DNA of 64,000 nt from Phormidium tanganyikae FI6-MK23 (GCA_019359175.1 JAHHHU010000015.1:14574-78573); one strand, 5' to 3'; positions 29,987-39,611 are shown, counted from the first letter of the stretch. The notes: generated by a model not told the origin, from the letters alone. A program made the numbers and translations.

Positions 29987-30127
29987 ATGTTAGAAAAACT
30001 CCTACAGGCGATCGTCATTACGTTACTCCTGACACTGTTTGCAGGCATTGGCGCACCGAAACCCAAAGAAACCCCGAACCCGTTCTTCCACGCCTTTTCT
30101 CAACTCAACTTGGGATTGTTGCATTGA
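29987..30127 (+). CDS. 46-aa small membrane or secreted protein MLEKLLQAIVITLLLTLFAGIGAPKPKETPNPFFHAFSQLNLGLLH
   Basis: GAGG before the ATG; hydrophobic helix; the TGA overlaps the next ATG (TGATG coupling). Confidence 0.65.
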   Translation: MLEKLLQAIVITLLLTLFAGIGAPKPKETPNPFFHAFSQLNLGLLH

Positions 30128-30456
30128 TGCTGTTGCACATTACAGAGCGCGATCGCGTTCCTCAATCTGGAGTTTATCGGGCGGATTCACTCGATACCGA
30201 AGGATTTATCCATTGCTCAACGCGCGATCAGGTCGTTTGGGTTGCGAATCAGTTTTATCGAGGAAATACTTCACTCGTTTTGCTCGTGATCGATCCTGAT
30301 CGCGTTCATGCAGAGATCAAATACGAAACAGTGGAAGGAGTCGGAGACTTTCCCCACATCTACGGCGAACTGAATGCAGATGCGATCGTACAAGTGGTCG
30401 ATTTTCCGCCAAATGCGGACGACTCGTTTAATTTGCCAAATGAGTTTGTAACTTAA
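30127..30456 (+). CDS. DUF952 family protein
   Basis: EGFIHCST, LVLLVID, FPHIYGELN. Confidence 0.9.
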   Translation: MLLHITERDRVPQSGVYRADSLDTEGFIHCSTRDQVVWVANQFYRGNTSLVLLVIDPDRVHAEIKYETVEGVGDFPHIYGELNADAIVQVVDFPPNADDSFNLPNEFVT

Positions 30457-30525
30457 AAATCCGAAAGCGTTAGGTTTTGTTAAGATTTTAAAACTTGCCT
30501 GCACCCTAACCCTTGGAGTTTTTAT

Positions 30526-32244
30526 ATGTTGCGACTTGAGCACGTCAGCAAAATTTATTCGACTGGCGAAGTTCTCAAAGATGTGAACTGGGAAGTCAAA
30601 CCTGGCGATCGAATCGGCTTGGTCGGCGTAAACGGTGCAGGCAAATCGACTCAGCTAAAAATCATCGCGGGCGAGATCGAGCCGACCGATGGTGAAGTCA
30701 TCCGCCCTAGCAGTTTGCACATCGCCTATCTCACTCAAGAATTCGAGGTCGATCCGACTCGCACCGTCCGAGAAGAATTCTGGCGTGCGTTCAAAGAAGC
30801 CAACGAAGTACATGAAGCGCTGTCTCAAATTCATCTGGCAATGGAAACGGCGACACCGGATGAATTGGATAAGTTGCTGAACAAGATGGATAAATTGCAG
30901 CGACGATACGAGGCGATGGATGGCTATGGATTAGAAACGCGGATCGAAAAGATTCTGCCAGAAATGGGATTTGATTCGGATGATGGAGATCGCTTAGTCA
31001 GCGCGTTCAGTGGCGGCTGGCAAATGCGAATGAGTTTAGGAAAAATCCTACTTCAATCCCCGGATCTCCTCCTGCTCGACGAGCCGACGAACCATTTGGA
31101 TTTAGAAACGATCGAATGGTTAGAAAATTACCTCAAAGAACTATCGACCCCGATGGTCATTGTGTCGCACGATCGCGAATTTCTCGATCGACTTTGTACC
31201 CAAATTGTGGAAACCGAGCGCGGCGTATCGTCCACATATCTGGGCAACTACTCCGCATACTTGCAGCAGAAACAAGAACAGCGAGATGCTCAACTCAGCG
31301 CCTTCGAGCGGCAGCAGAAGGAATTGGAAAAGCAGCAGGCATTTGTCGATCGCTTCCGAGCGAGTGCAACCCGAAGCACTCAGGCGAAAAGCCGCGAGAA
31401 ACAGTTAGACAAAATCGATCGAATTGAAGCTCCAGATTCCGATGTCAGAACGCTACATTTTCGTTTTCCGCCTGCTCCTCGAAGCGGTCGTGAAGTTGTG
31501 ATCATTGAAGACCTCGCGCATATGTACGGCGACAAGATTCTATTCTTGGGCGCAGAATTGTTGATTGAGCGTGGGGATCACATTGCGATTTTAGGGCCCA
31601 ACGGAGCCGGAAAATCGACCCTACTCCACCTAATCACCGGAAGCGAACAACCCGTCGAAGGGACGATTAAGTTAGGGGATCACAACGTCATTCCGAGCTA
31701 CTTCGAGCAGAATCAAGCAGAAGCGCTAGATCTAAATAAAACGGTCGCAGATACAATTCACGATGAGGTCCCCGACTGGAAAAACGAAGAAGTTCGGACA
31801 CATTTAGGGCGATTTCTGTTTAGCGGTGATACCGTTTTTAAGAAAGTGGAATCGCTCAGTGGAGGCGAGAAAGCGCGACTGGCACTCGCAAAAATGCTCC
31901 TTCAGCCTGCAAATTTGCTGATTCTCGATGAGCCGACCAACCATTTAGATATTCCCGCGAAAGAAATGCTGGAAGAAGCGATTCAAAATTACGATGGCAG
32001 CGTCGTAATTGTGTCACACGATCGCTATTTTATTTCTCAAACCGCCAACAAAATTGTCGAGATTCGAGATGGTGAACTCCGTTTGTACCGGGGAGATTAC
32101 CAATATTATCTAGACAAAACCGCCGAGGAGAAAGAAAAAGCAAAGCTGTCAGAGATCGAAGCCGAGAAAGCTGAAAAAGCGGCTGAAAAACGCAACAAAC
32201 AAAAAACCAAAGAAAAGGAAAAGAAAGCGCAAAAAAGCGCGTAA
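30526..32244 (+). CDS. ABC-F family ATP-binding protein
   Basis: Two ABC cassettes (GVNGAGKST, GPNGAGKST; FSGGW, LSGGE; LLLDEPTNHLD twice) and no TM segments. Confidence 0.96.
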   Translation: MLRLEHVSKIYSTGEVLKDVNWEVKPGDRIGLVGVNGAGKSTQLKIIAGEIEPTDGEVIRPSSLHIAYLTQEFEVDPTRTVREEFWRAFKEANEVHEALSQIHLAMETATPDELDKLLNKMDKLQRRYEAMDGYGLETRIEKILPEMGFDSDDGDRLVSAFSGGWQMRMSLGKILLQSPDLLLLDEPTNHLDLETIEWLENYLKELSTPMVIVSHDREFLDRLCTQIVETERGVSSTYLGNYSAYLQQKQEQRDAQLSAFERQQKELEKQQAFVDRFRASATRSTQAKSREKQLDKIDRIEAPDSDVRTLHFRFPPAPRSGREVVIIEDLAHMYGDKILFLGAELLIERGDHIAILGPNGAGKSTLLHLITGSEQPVEGTIKLGDHNVIPSYFEQNQAEALDLNKTVADTIHDEVPDWKNEEVRTHLGRFLFSGDTVFKKVESLSGGEKARLALAKMLLQPANLLILDEPTNHLDIPAKEMLEEAIQNYDGSVVIVSHDRYFISQTANKIVEIRDGELRLYRGDYQYYLDKTAEEKEKAKLSEIEAEKAEKAAEKRNKQKTKEKEKKAQKSA

Positions 32245-32291
32245 TTTCTGTTTAAACCCGCTACTATTCGAGACATAAGAACTCACGATCG

Positions 32292-32333
32292 ATGGTTTGC
32301 CACGAGCATTTTGACTGATGGCAAACCATTTAT
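32292..32333 (+). terminator. Terminator-like hairpin after the ABC-F gene
   Basis: ATGGTTTGCCA / TGGCAAACCAT, an 11-bp stem followed by a T-rich tail. Confidence 0.55.
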
Positions 32334-32495
32334 TGTTGGGAGGAATTTCCTGCTGTGATTTGTTGAACTGATGAGATTCTTAAAAAATCATTAATCAAAC
32401 AATCCGTTAAGGATTTCATATGCAAGGAAAAGTGAATGCTCACGATAGCAGTGGTATGATTTGCGGAGAATATTTCAGTGAAAGGGCAGAACAAT

Positions 32496-34094
32496 ATGGG
32501 GCAACCGCCTGTTTCTCCTGTCGTGCTTATTATTCTGGATGGCTGGGGCTACCGCGATAGTCGCGACGGAAACGCGATCGCACAAGCTAACACGCCTGTG
32601 GTGAATAGTTTGTGGGCAGCGTATCCTCATACGCTCATTCGCACATCTGGAAAAGATGTCGGATTGCCAGATGGTCAAATGGGTAACTCGGAAGTCGGAC
32701 ATCTCAATATTGGTGCAGGGCGCGTCGTCCCTCAAGAATTGGTGAGAATTTCTGATGCAGTCGAAGATAAAAGCCTGCTGCAAAATCCAAAGTTAGTCGA
32801 GATTTGCCAAGACGTGCGATCGAGCGGAACAAAGCTGCATTTAGTCGGTTTATGTTCAGAAGGTGGCGTTCATTCGCACATTTCGCACTTGGTCGGTTTG
32901 CTAGAACTGGCAAAATCACAAGGCATTGAACAGGTTTGCATCCATGTTGTCACCGATGGGCGCGACACCACACCGAAAGCAGGTTTGGCAGAAATTCAGA
33001 AGCTACAGATCGATATCGATCGACTTGGGATTGGTCGAATTGTGACGGTTAGCGGTCGCTACTATGCAATGGATCGCGATCACCGTTGGGATCGCGTCGA
33101 GAAAGCTTACAAGGTGATGACCGAGACCGGAGAAGGCAGTGGACAAAGCGCGATCGAGGTTCTAAAAACCTCTTACGATGCCGGGATCACCGATGAGTTT
33201 GTCGATCCCGTCCGGATTGCACCGGGAGCAGTCGAACCCGGAGACGGCGTGATTTTCTATAATTTCCGCCCGGATCGTGCGCGGCAACTCACTCAGGCGT
33301 TTGTTGACCCCAAATTTAGCGGATTTGAGCGATCGCAAATCACACCGCTTTCGTTCGTCACCTTTACCCAGTACGATCCTTCACTCCGGGTAAAAGTGGC
33401 ATTTGAGCCGCAGAACTTCAACAACATTCTGGGCGAGGTCGTTTCTCGTCATGGATTGCGCCAGCTTCGGACTGCTGAAACTGAGAAATACGCTCATGTG
33501 ACGTACTTTTTCAACGGCGGTTTAGAACAGCCTTTTCCCGGAGAAGATCGGGAAATGATTCCAAGTCCGATGGTGCTGACCTACGACAAAGAGCCTGCCA
33601 TGTCAGCGGAAAAAGTCACCGAAGGCGCGATCACTGCAATCGGGAAACATATCTATTCGATGATCATTCTCAACTATGCAAATCCCGATATGGTCGGACA
33701 TACGGGACAAATGGAAGCCACGATTACGGCGCTTGAAACCGTCGATCGATGTTTGGGTCGATTGCTTAATGCAGTCAACCGCGCAGGCGGAACCGCATTA
33801 ATCACAGCGGATCATGGCAATGCTGAACAAATGTGGGATGAAAACCACAATCCTTGGACGGCTCACACCACGAATCCGGTTCCGTTCATCTTAGTAGAAG
33901 GCGAAGGCTTGAAGATTCCGGGACACGGAACTGAAGTGACGCTGCGAGACGATGGACGACTGGCGGACATTGCACCGACGATTCTCGATATTTTGAAGCT
34001 GCCGATCCCCGAAGAAATGACGGGTCGATCGCTGATTGAGAAAGCTGAGTTTGATGTGCGGGCAAACCGGACTCCAGTGAAAATTGCGCGTTAA
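32496..34094 (+). CDS. gpmI: 2,3-bisphosphoglycerate-independent phosphoglycerate mutase
   Basis: LIILDGWG, MGNSEVGH, SGRYYAMDRD, AETEKYAHVT, NPDMVGHTG, TADHGNAE. Confidence 0.97.
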   Translation: MGQPPVSPVVLIILDGWGYRDSRDGNAIAQANTPVVNSLWAAYPHTLIRTSGKDVGLPDGQMGNSEVGHLNIGAGRVVPQELVRISDAVEDKSLLQNPKLVEICQDVRSSGTKLHLVGLCSEGGVHSHISHLVGLLELAKSQGIEQVCIHVVTDGRDTTPKAGLAEIQKLQIDIDRLGIGRIVTVSGRYYAMDRDHRWDRVEKAYKVMTETGEGSGQSAIEVLKTSYDAGITDEFVDPVRIAPGAVEPGDGVIFYNFRPDRARQLTQAFVDPKFSGFERSQITPLSFVTFTQYDPSLRVKVAFEPQNFNNILGEVVSRHGLRQLRTAETEKYAHVTYFFNGGLEQPFPGEDREMIPSPMVLTYDKEPAMSAEKVTEGAITAIGKHIYSMIILNYANPDMVGHTGQMEATITALETVDRCLGRLLNAVNRAGGTALITADHGNAEQMWDENHNPWTAHTTNPVPFILVEGEGLKIPGHGTEVTLRDDGRLADIAPTILDILKLPIPEEMTGRSLIEKAEFDVRANRTPVKIAR

Positions 34095-34114
34095 TCGATC
34101 GTGATTTCATGATG

Positions 34115-34152
34115 TCCCCTTTGTAGGATTTGGTCTTGCAAAGGGGATTTTT
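34115..34152 (+). terminator. Rho-independent terminator of gpmI
   Basis: TCCCCTTTG / CAAAGGGGA stem followed by TTTTT. Confidence 0.7.
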
Positions 34153-34165
34153 CATTGCGATCGTT

Positions 34166-36649
34166 CTACTGGAGCTGACTAAATACCAGTTGATCCCCTT
34201 TTCGGCTCGTTGTCAGTGGCAAGCTTTGGGGATTTTTCCGATCGCCCGTATTCGCTTCAAAACTAATCCTTCGATTTTGACGAATATCACTCTCAATATC
34301 TAAGGATTTTAACTTTTGACGCATTTCGTTTGGATTGAAATTTGGAGATTGGAACACAGCCGTTAGCGCTTGGACGGCTTCATAAGCAAGTGCTGCTTTA
34401 TGATTAAAATCCCCTGCCCAATATCGATTGGCATCATTGCGAAAGGCTTTGGCATCCTGCAATTCAGAAAACCAATCCGCTGCAATTACCATTCGTTTAT
34501 CTAGATCGATCGCTTGGTTCCTCCGCTGCAAGTCATTGAGAATGCTGAGAATAGAACCGTTGTAAAACGTATTTGCAGCTAGAACAAGCTTCTGTCCTTG
34601 GTTGAGCTTCAACACCTCTACGGCTCGATCGAAGGCAGTCGAATCCTCTGTCTGTCCATCAGGAAAGATTGCCAGTGCATCGACATCTCCCATTTCTCTC
34701 AGCGCTTGCTCCGGATTGAAGTTGCGATCGAGCAGATTCTTTTCTCTGAACTCGATACCTTTAGCGTCTGATAAGTTCTTGAGTTGAAACCGCAGATCTT
34801 CACTAAACCGCTCTTCTGCTTTGTAAAAAACCCCTATCTTTCTGCCGTTTGAAATTTGCTGCTTAAACGCAGTGAACAGCGTTTTCGCTTCGTTTTCAGT
34901 CGTTGAAGGAGTTCGATAAAAAACTTTGTTGCTATCCCCACATTGGGGATCATTCCGCATCTCCTTAGCGGTGCTAGTAGACGACATCACAACGGTATTC
35001 GCTGAACTATAAGTTCCTAATACTGCACAAGTGACCGGACTGGTATAGTGCCCGACGACAGCAAGAATCGCTCGTCCATCGACTCCTGTGACCAGGGATT
35101 GAGCGATCGCTTTTGCTTGATCGATCTTTCCTTGATCGTTGGCGATCGCGATTTCTAGATTCAGTTTAGGGTTGCGATTATTCACCACTTGATCTTGTAT
35201 TTGTGCGACACCCCAGAGCGTTTGTTGTGCAACATCGAGGTTTTTTAGATTTAATGGTGTGGCAACCGCGATCGTATAAAGCAGCGATCGATCTTTTGCG
35301 CTACGTCTACGCGATTCGGCATTGTTGCGATAAATCAAAATTTCGGGATCTTGCAGTGCTGTTCTAGCCTCTTGATTTGGGGTTGCATTGCTGTAAGCGT
35401 TGCGAATCCCGTCAAATGTTTTGATCGCACTGTCAAAATCTCTCTGGGCGAGTTCAGCGATTCCTCTGTTTTTGAGTCGCTGGAGGTTAACACCGAGTTG
35501 CGAATTAATATCGATCGATTGTTGCCCATAACTGATCAACTTCTCTACGTTTTGCGGCGATGAAGTAGAGACTCCTGGAATGGCAGGAATCATCGGCGTG
35601 TTATCAGGAATACAGTATCTCAAGGCAAATACAATCAAGCACCCTAAAACCGCAAATCCAAACCACTTTAGCCACTTGGGGAAACTGCGAGATTGAGAAA
35701 TCTGCGATCGGGGATCGGGCGAAGAAGTGGTCTGACTTACACTCGCTGCTGTAGTAGAACTCGTCGAGGGTGACTTAATTGCCTGAATTTCACTCAGAAT
35801 CACTTTGGCATTCGGAGGACGCTGCTGATAGTCATGACTTAAGCAGTGGTTGATCAGATCCCGAAAGCGATCGGACGGACTAAATGCGGTCATTGTGTCC
35901 CAATACTGCACATCGAGATCCGCTGGATGTCTCCCAGTGAGCAAATGTAAAAAGGTTCGTCCCAGCGCGTAAAAGTCAGACTGCGGAACAGCCCCTCCCC
36001 CTAACTGTTCTGGCGCAGTATATCCCGCTGTATAAACTTGTGTCACAGGACGACCATTCACGACCGTTTGCGTTAGTCTTCTCGCAGTACCGAAGTCGAT
36101 GAGAATAAGCTGTCCGTTCGGTTTGAGAATGATATTCGATGGTTTGATGTCGCGATGAAAGAAACCTTTTTGATGCACATAGTCCAACACTCTAACGATT
36201 TGAGCAAACCAGTTGAGCGCGATCGATTCATCGGTTAGGCGCTGATCCCGGTTGAGCCAGTGTTCTAGATTTTCACCTTCGATTAGCTCCATCACAAAGC
36301 AAGAAAGCGCACGATGCGTAGGATAGGAAATCCCAACCTGGAACGCATCTTCAAACCGTGGAATGCTGGCGTGTCTGAGTTCCATCAAGATTTTGCGCTC
36401 TTGCTCAAACAACTCCTCTAGCTTGGGATTGCTTTGATCTTTTAAGGTCTTTAAGACTTTGCGCTTTCCCCCCTGTTGAAGATCTTCGACTTCAAAGACT
36501 TCAGTGTATGGATGTCCCGGCTCGTCTAAAAGCGATCGCAAAATTCGATAACGATCTTCGACTAACAACGACGATCGACAAGTTTGGCAATATTTAGCAG
36601 AATTTGCGTTATTTCGCTGGGGACACCACGGATTGATGCAATAACTCAT
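34166..36649 (-). CDS. Receptor-type Ser/Thr kinase: N-terminal 4-Cys motif, kinase, TM, and type-1 periplasmic binding protein (LivJ/ANF-like) ectodomain
   Basis: YCINPWC...YCQTC; VLK, HRDIKPSN, IDFG, TAPEQ; TM WFGFAVLGCLIVFAL; IANDQG, AVVGHYTS, FYRT, ALAYEAVQAL. Confidence 0.9.
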   Translation of the reverse strand: MSYCINPWCPQRNNANSAKYCQTCRSSLLVEDRYRILRSLLDEPGHPYTEVFEVEDLQQGGKRKVLKTLKDQSNPKLEELFEQERKILMELRHASIPRFEDAFQVGISYPTHRALSCFVMELIEGENLEHWLNRDQRLTDESIALNWFAQIVRVLDYVHQKGFFHRDIKPSNIILKPNGQLILIDFGTARRLTQTVVNGRPVTQVYTAGYTAPEQLGGGAVPQSDFYALGRTFLHLLTGRHPADLDVQYWDTMTAFSPSDRFRDLINHCLSHDYQQRPPNAKVILSEIQAIKSPSTSSTTAASVSQTTSSPDPRSQISQSRSFPKWLKWFGFAVLGCLIVFALRYCIPDNTPMIPAIPGVSTSSPQNVEKLISYGQQSIDINSQLGVNLQRLKNRGIAELAQRDFDSAIKTFDGIRNAYSNATPNQEARTALQDPEILIYRNNAESRRRSAKDRSLLYTIAVATPLNLKNLDVAQQTLWGVAQIQDQVVNNRNPKLNLEIAIANDQGKIDQAKAIAQSLVTGVDGRAILAVVGHYTSPVTCAVLGTYSSANTVVMSSTSTAKEMRNDPQCGDSNKVFYRTPSTTENEAKTLFTAFKQQISNGRKIGVFYKAEERFSEDLRFQLKNLSDAKGIEFREKNLLDRNFNPEQALREMGDVDALAIFPDGQTEDSTAFDRAVEVLKLNQGQKLVLAANTFYNGSILSILNDLQRRNQAIDLDKRMVIAADWFSELQDAKAFRNDANRYWAGDFNHKAALAYEAVQALTAVFQSPNFNPNEMRQKLKSLDIESDIRQNRRISFEANTGDRKNPQSLPLTTSRKGDQLVFSQLQ

Positions 36650-36738
36650 GTCTCAAGTCAATCGGGCAAAGTATTTTTCAGTGTGACATAAAGCGTTGGA
36701 ACTTAGAATAGATGCTAGAAAACTATAGGGCTGGCGAT

Positions 36739-37974
36739 TCACAGCCTATGCTTTCTGACAAATTCCATCACCATCGGTTGGAGTGTGTATAGAACATCGT
36801 CATTTTCTATCACGTTTTCGATCAGCGATCGTCGTCCCAATCGATACAATGCCTGAATAAAATCCCCTGTGTTGAGTTCGTCTTGCAACTCTGATCGAGA
36901 GAGCGGATCAGAATGCGCCAGCGATCGCAAAATTAACTGCTCGAACTCGGTGAGATCTTGAATTTGCTGCCTCAAAACTTGCTCAATTCGACCCGGAACA
37001 TAGATACCCGGATTTTGTAAAAAGCTTTCGACCTGATTTTGAAACAAATCCCGCACGATCGGACAAAGCAACTCTAATGCGAGTGGATTGCCGCGATATT
37101 TCTGCACTAACTGTTGTCCGATCGCAGGCTCAAATATCAATTGTCGATGTGCCAAAATGTTGCAGCCGGATTCGGGATCAAGTCCTTGCAGTGGATAAGA
37201 AATCGCCTGTCCACCCATTAGAGCCGTAAAATCTGCGGGACGTTCGCGAGTGGTTAGCAGAATGCAGCTTTGATTTTGTCTTTGTCCTAATTCTTGCAGC
37301 GTGTAGATAAAGTGCTGATAGTTTGCGGGATTGCTTTCTCCTGAATTGACTTCATCGAGAACAATCAGCGTCCGCGAGTTGCCTAAATCTTGTAGCAACA
37401 ACTGAACTAGCATCGCCGGATCGCTCGGAAAAGACTGAGGAGATGAGGACAGCGTATGCAGCAAATCGAGTAGCAGTTGAGCGATCGGTAGCGTGTGATC
37501 AAATCGTCGCCAAATTCGTCGATCGAACTGAGTCTGAACTTGCTCGACTAACTGGACTGCGACTGCGGTTTTACCGATTCCACCGAGTCCATAGAGGATG
37601 ACGAATCGATAGTTCAGCAACAGAGCTTTGAGATCGCAAAGTTCTTGTGTGCGCCCGTAAAAAGTGGGGATCAGCCGCATCAAGCTCAAATCATCACGCG
37701 AAGCTTGCGGCTCAGATAGTTCCGCGATCGCTGTCCAATCGAGTCCGAGAATGTTGCAGTAAGCCTCAAAGGTATCGCGCCGAATCGCACGTTTCGCATA
37801 AACAAACCGTTTCCAAGTTGTCTCAGAGACACCGTTTGCATAGATTCCAGGAGGACTTCCTAGGAGCTGGCTGGTCATCTTTAGGGGTTCTTCTCCGGTG
37901 ATGTTCCAGTTTCTCGCTTGAATCGCTTGCCGGATTTGCAGTTTTCCCGCTTCTGATGCTCGCAATCCCGCCAT
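36739..37974 (-). CDS. XRE-like HTH plus NB-ARC (STAND) NTPase plus winged helix, without C-terminal repeat sensor
   Basis: GVSETTWKRF...FEAYCNILGLDW; FYGRTQEL; Walker A GLGGIGKT; Walker B LIVLDEV; LLTTRE; GNPLALEL; ends at YTLQPMVMEFVRKHRL. Confidence 0.85.
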   Translation of the reverse strand: MAGLRASEAGKLQIRQAIQARNWNITGEEPLKMTSQLLGSPPGIYANGVSETTWKRFVYAKRAIRRDTFEAYCNILGLDWTAIAELSEPQASRDDLSLMRLIPTFYGRTQELCDLKALLLNYRFVILYGLGGIGKTAVAVQLVEQVQTQFDRRIWRRFDHTLPIAQLLLDLLHTLSSSPQSFPSDPAMLVQLLLQDLGNSRTLIVLDEVNSGESNPANYQHFIYTLQELGQRQNQSCILLTTRERPADFTALMGGQAISYPLQGLDPESGCNILAHRQLIFEPAIGQQLVQKYRGNPLALELLCPIVRDLFQNQVESFLQNPGIYVPGRIEQVLRQQIQDLTEFEQLILRSLAHSDPLSRSELQDELNTGDFIQALYRLGRRSLIENVIENDDVLYTLQPMVMEFVRKHRL

Positions 37975-38001
37975 GTTGACTTATACCTACTTTGGCACCC
38001 A

Positions 38002-38093
38002 TTTTGGGTCTATTTTACACTGACCCAAAAGTGACCCGATCGCAGAATATCAGATTCCATCCGTGATTGAGCGATCGATAAAACTGACCCAAA
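38002..38093. promoter_or_regulatory. Operator-like repeat array in the divergent promoter
   Basis: TTTTGGGTC-N11-GACCCAAAA (38002-38030); TGACCCGA at 38032-38039; ACTGACCCAAA direct repeat at 38019 and 38083. Confidence 0.55.
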
Positions 38094-38164
38094 TTCAGAT
38101 CTAGTAAGACCCTGAATTCGTTGATTACGATGCTGCTCATGCAAGCTGCAATCGGAGAATAGAA

Positions 38165-39583
38165 ATGATCGCATCGAGTTATTGGACTCTCCTTCGCTTA
38201 AATGCTGCGGGTCGGGCAGTGCCAAAAGTTATGCCGATCGCGGAAACCTTTTTTCGACAAGCGTTTACAGACAGCAACAATCGGGACACGATACAAACTC
38301 GATTAGTCGCACTAAGCCAGAGTCCGGATCAGACAGCGGCTCAGATGGCGTTACTGTGTTTGCGTTGCTATATTTCACACCAAATACTCTCGACTTGCGT
38401 TCGATTAGTGGAGCGGTTTGGCGATCGATATGCGTTTCACTTGGCTGATGTACTGCCCTTCGTGCTGGATGATCAAGGACGAATGCCTACAGAATTTCCA
38501 AAAACGCTAGCTTTCCAAATTCTGCGAACCTTTCAGCCCGAAAAAGGAAGTTTATCAACTTGGACAACTCGATTTGTGCAACAGCACCCAGAGATGACGC
38601 GATTTTTTGCTGAACAAGGCTTGATTCTGATGAGTGATTGGGCGCTTTTGAATGACACAACGCCTACGCAACTCCACCGCATTCTTGCTGAAGTGTATCT
38701 ATTGTCCCAACCGGAGCTTAATCGCGCGATCGCACTACTGAATGCTTACCACACCGTTTATAGCAAGGCTCCTAAATCGTGCGGGCGCTGCATTCCGCCC
38801 TCGATCGTGCAACTGCGAGAAATCAATCAGCGCCTTTCCCAATCTGATGCCGCTTCACCGAATCTACTCCTGTCCCGATTGAATCGGTTAGCAACTTTGA
38901 TTCGACAGTATCGAGTTCGACGCAGACAGGGGTCGATATTCGCAGGTTCGATCGATGCGTTGATGATTCCAGCACCGATCGAGGAACCCGTTTGCTCAGT
39001 GGAAACTCGATTTCTTTGGCGTTATCGTCGGGCATTGATCACCGAATTAGATGCTGCGATTGTGGATGCTTTGACTGCTCGAATGCAGCGATTCGAGCGA
39101 AATCGCTGCGGGTTGCCTTCGTCTCAGCGCTTTTTGTTGGCGCTGCATGGGTTGTACTGTGAACAGCGAACAATGGGCGCGATCGCAGTTCAGTTGGGTC
39201 TTTCCGGTCAGGATCGGGTGACAAAATTGCTTCAGTTGCCTGCACTACGATCGCAAATTAAAGCGCAACTGATTCAGCGCTTAAAGCCGCGTCTTTCGCC
39301 ACTGTTACCCGTTGCTGAGATCGATCATATTCTTCAGGAGCAGCTTGAATCTTTGTTTACATTAGATGCTCAATATTTACGAACTCCGGTGATGTTTCGT
39401 CGTCCTGAGTCGCGCGGCTTATTGACGCTGCGAATGGCTCATTGTCTTGATCGATGGCTCAAAGATGCGCTTACTGTGAAAAAAAGCCTGCCAGCAACAA
39501 TGGCAGAAGTAGAAGTGCGATCGACACAATCAACAATGTCCCTGCATCAACATCAATCACATTCTTCGGTTTGTTATCCATAA
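38165..39583 (+). CDS. Cyanobacterial RNA polymerase sigma-factor-like protein (region 2-like and region 4 HTH)
   Basis: YW...LCLRCYISHQI...LPFVLDD...GSLSTW...SDWALLND family motifs; C-terminal HTH TMGAIAVQLGLSGQDRVTKLL. Confidence 0.6.
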   Translation: MIASSYWTLLRLNAAGRAVPKVMPIAETFFRQAFTDSNNRDTIQTRLVALSQSPDQTAAQMALLCLRCYISHQILSTCVRLVERFGDRYAFHLADVLPFVLDDQGRMPTEFPKTLAFQILRTFQPEKGSLSTWTTRFVQQHPEMTRFFAEQGLILMSDWALLNDTTPTQLHRILAEVYLLSQPELNRAIALLNAYHTVYSKAPKSCGRCIPPSIVQLREINQRLSQSDAASPNLLLSRLNRLATLIRQYRVRRRQGSIFAGSIDALMIPAPIEEPVCSVETRFLWRYRRALITELDAAIVDALTARMQRFERNRCGLPSSQRFLLALHGLYCEQRTMGAIAVQLGLSGQDRVTKLLQLPALRSQIKAQLIQRLKPRLSPLLPVAEIDHILQEQLESLFTLDAQYLRTPVMFRRPESRGLLTLRMAHCLDRWLKDALTVKKSLPATMAEVEVRSTQSTMSLHQHQSHSSVCYP

Positions 39584-39611
39584 TTTAAAGGTATTGCGTT
39601 GGTCTTATCGT

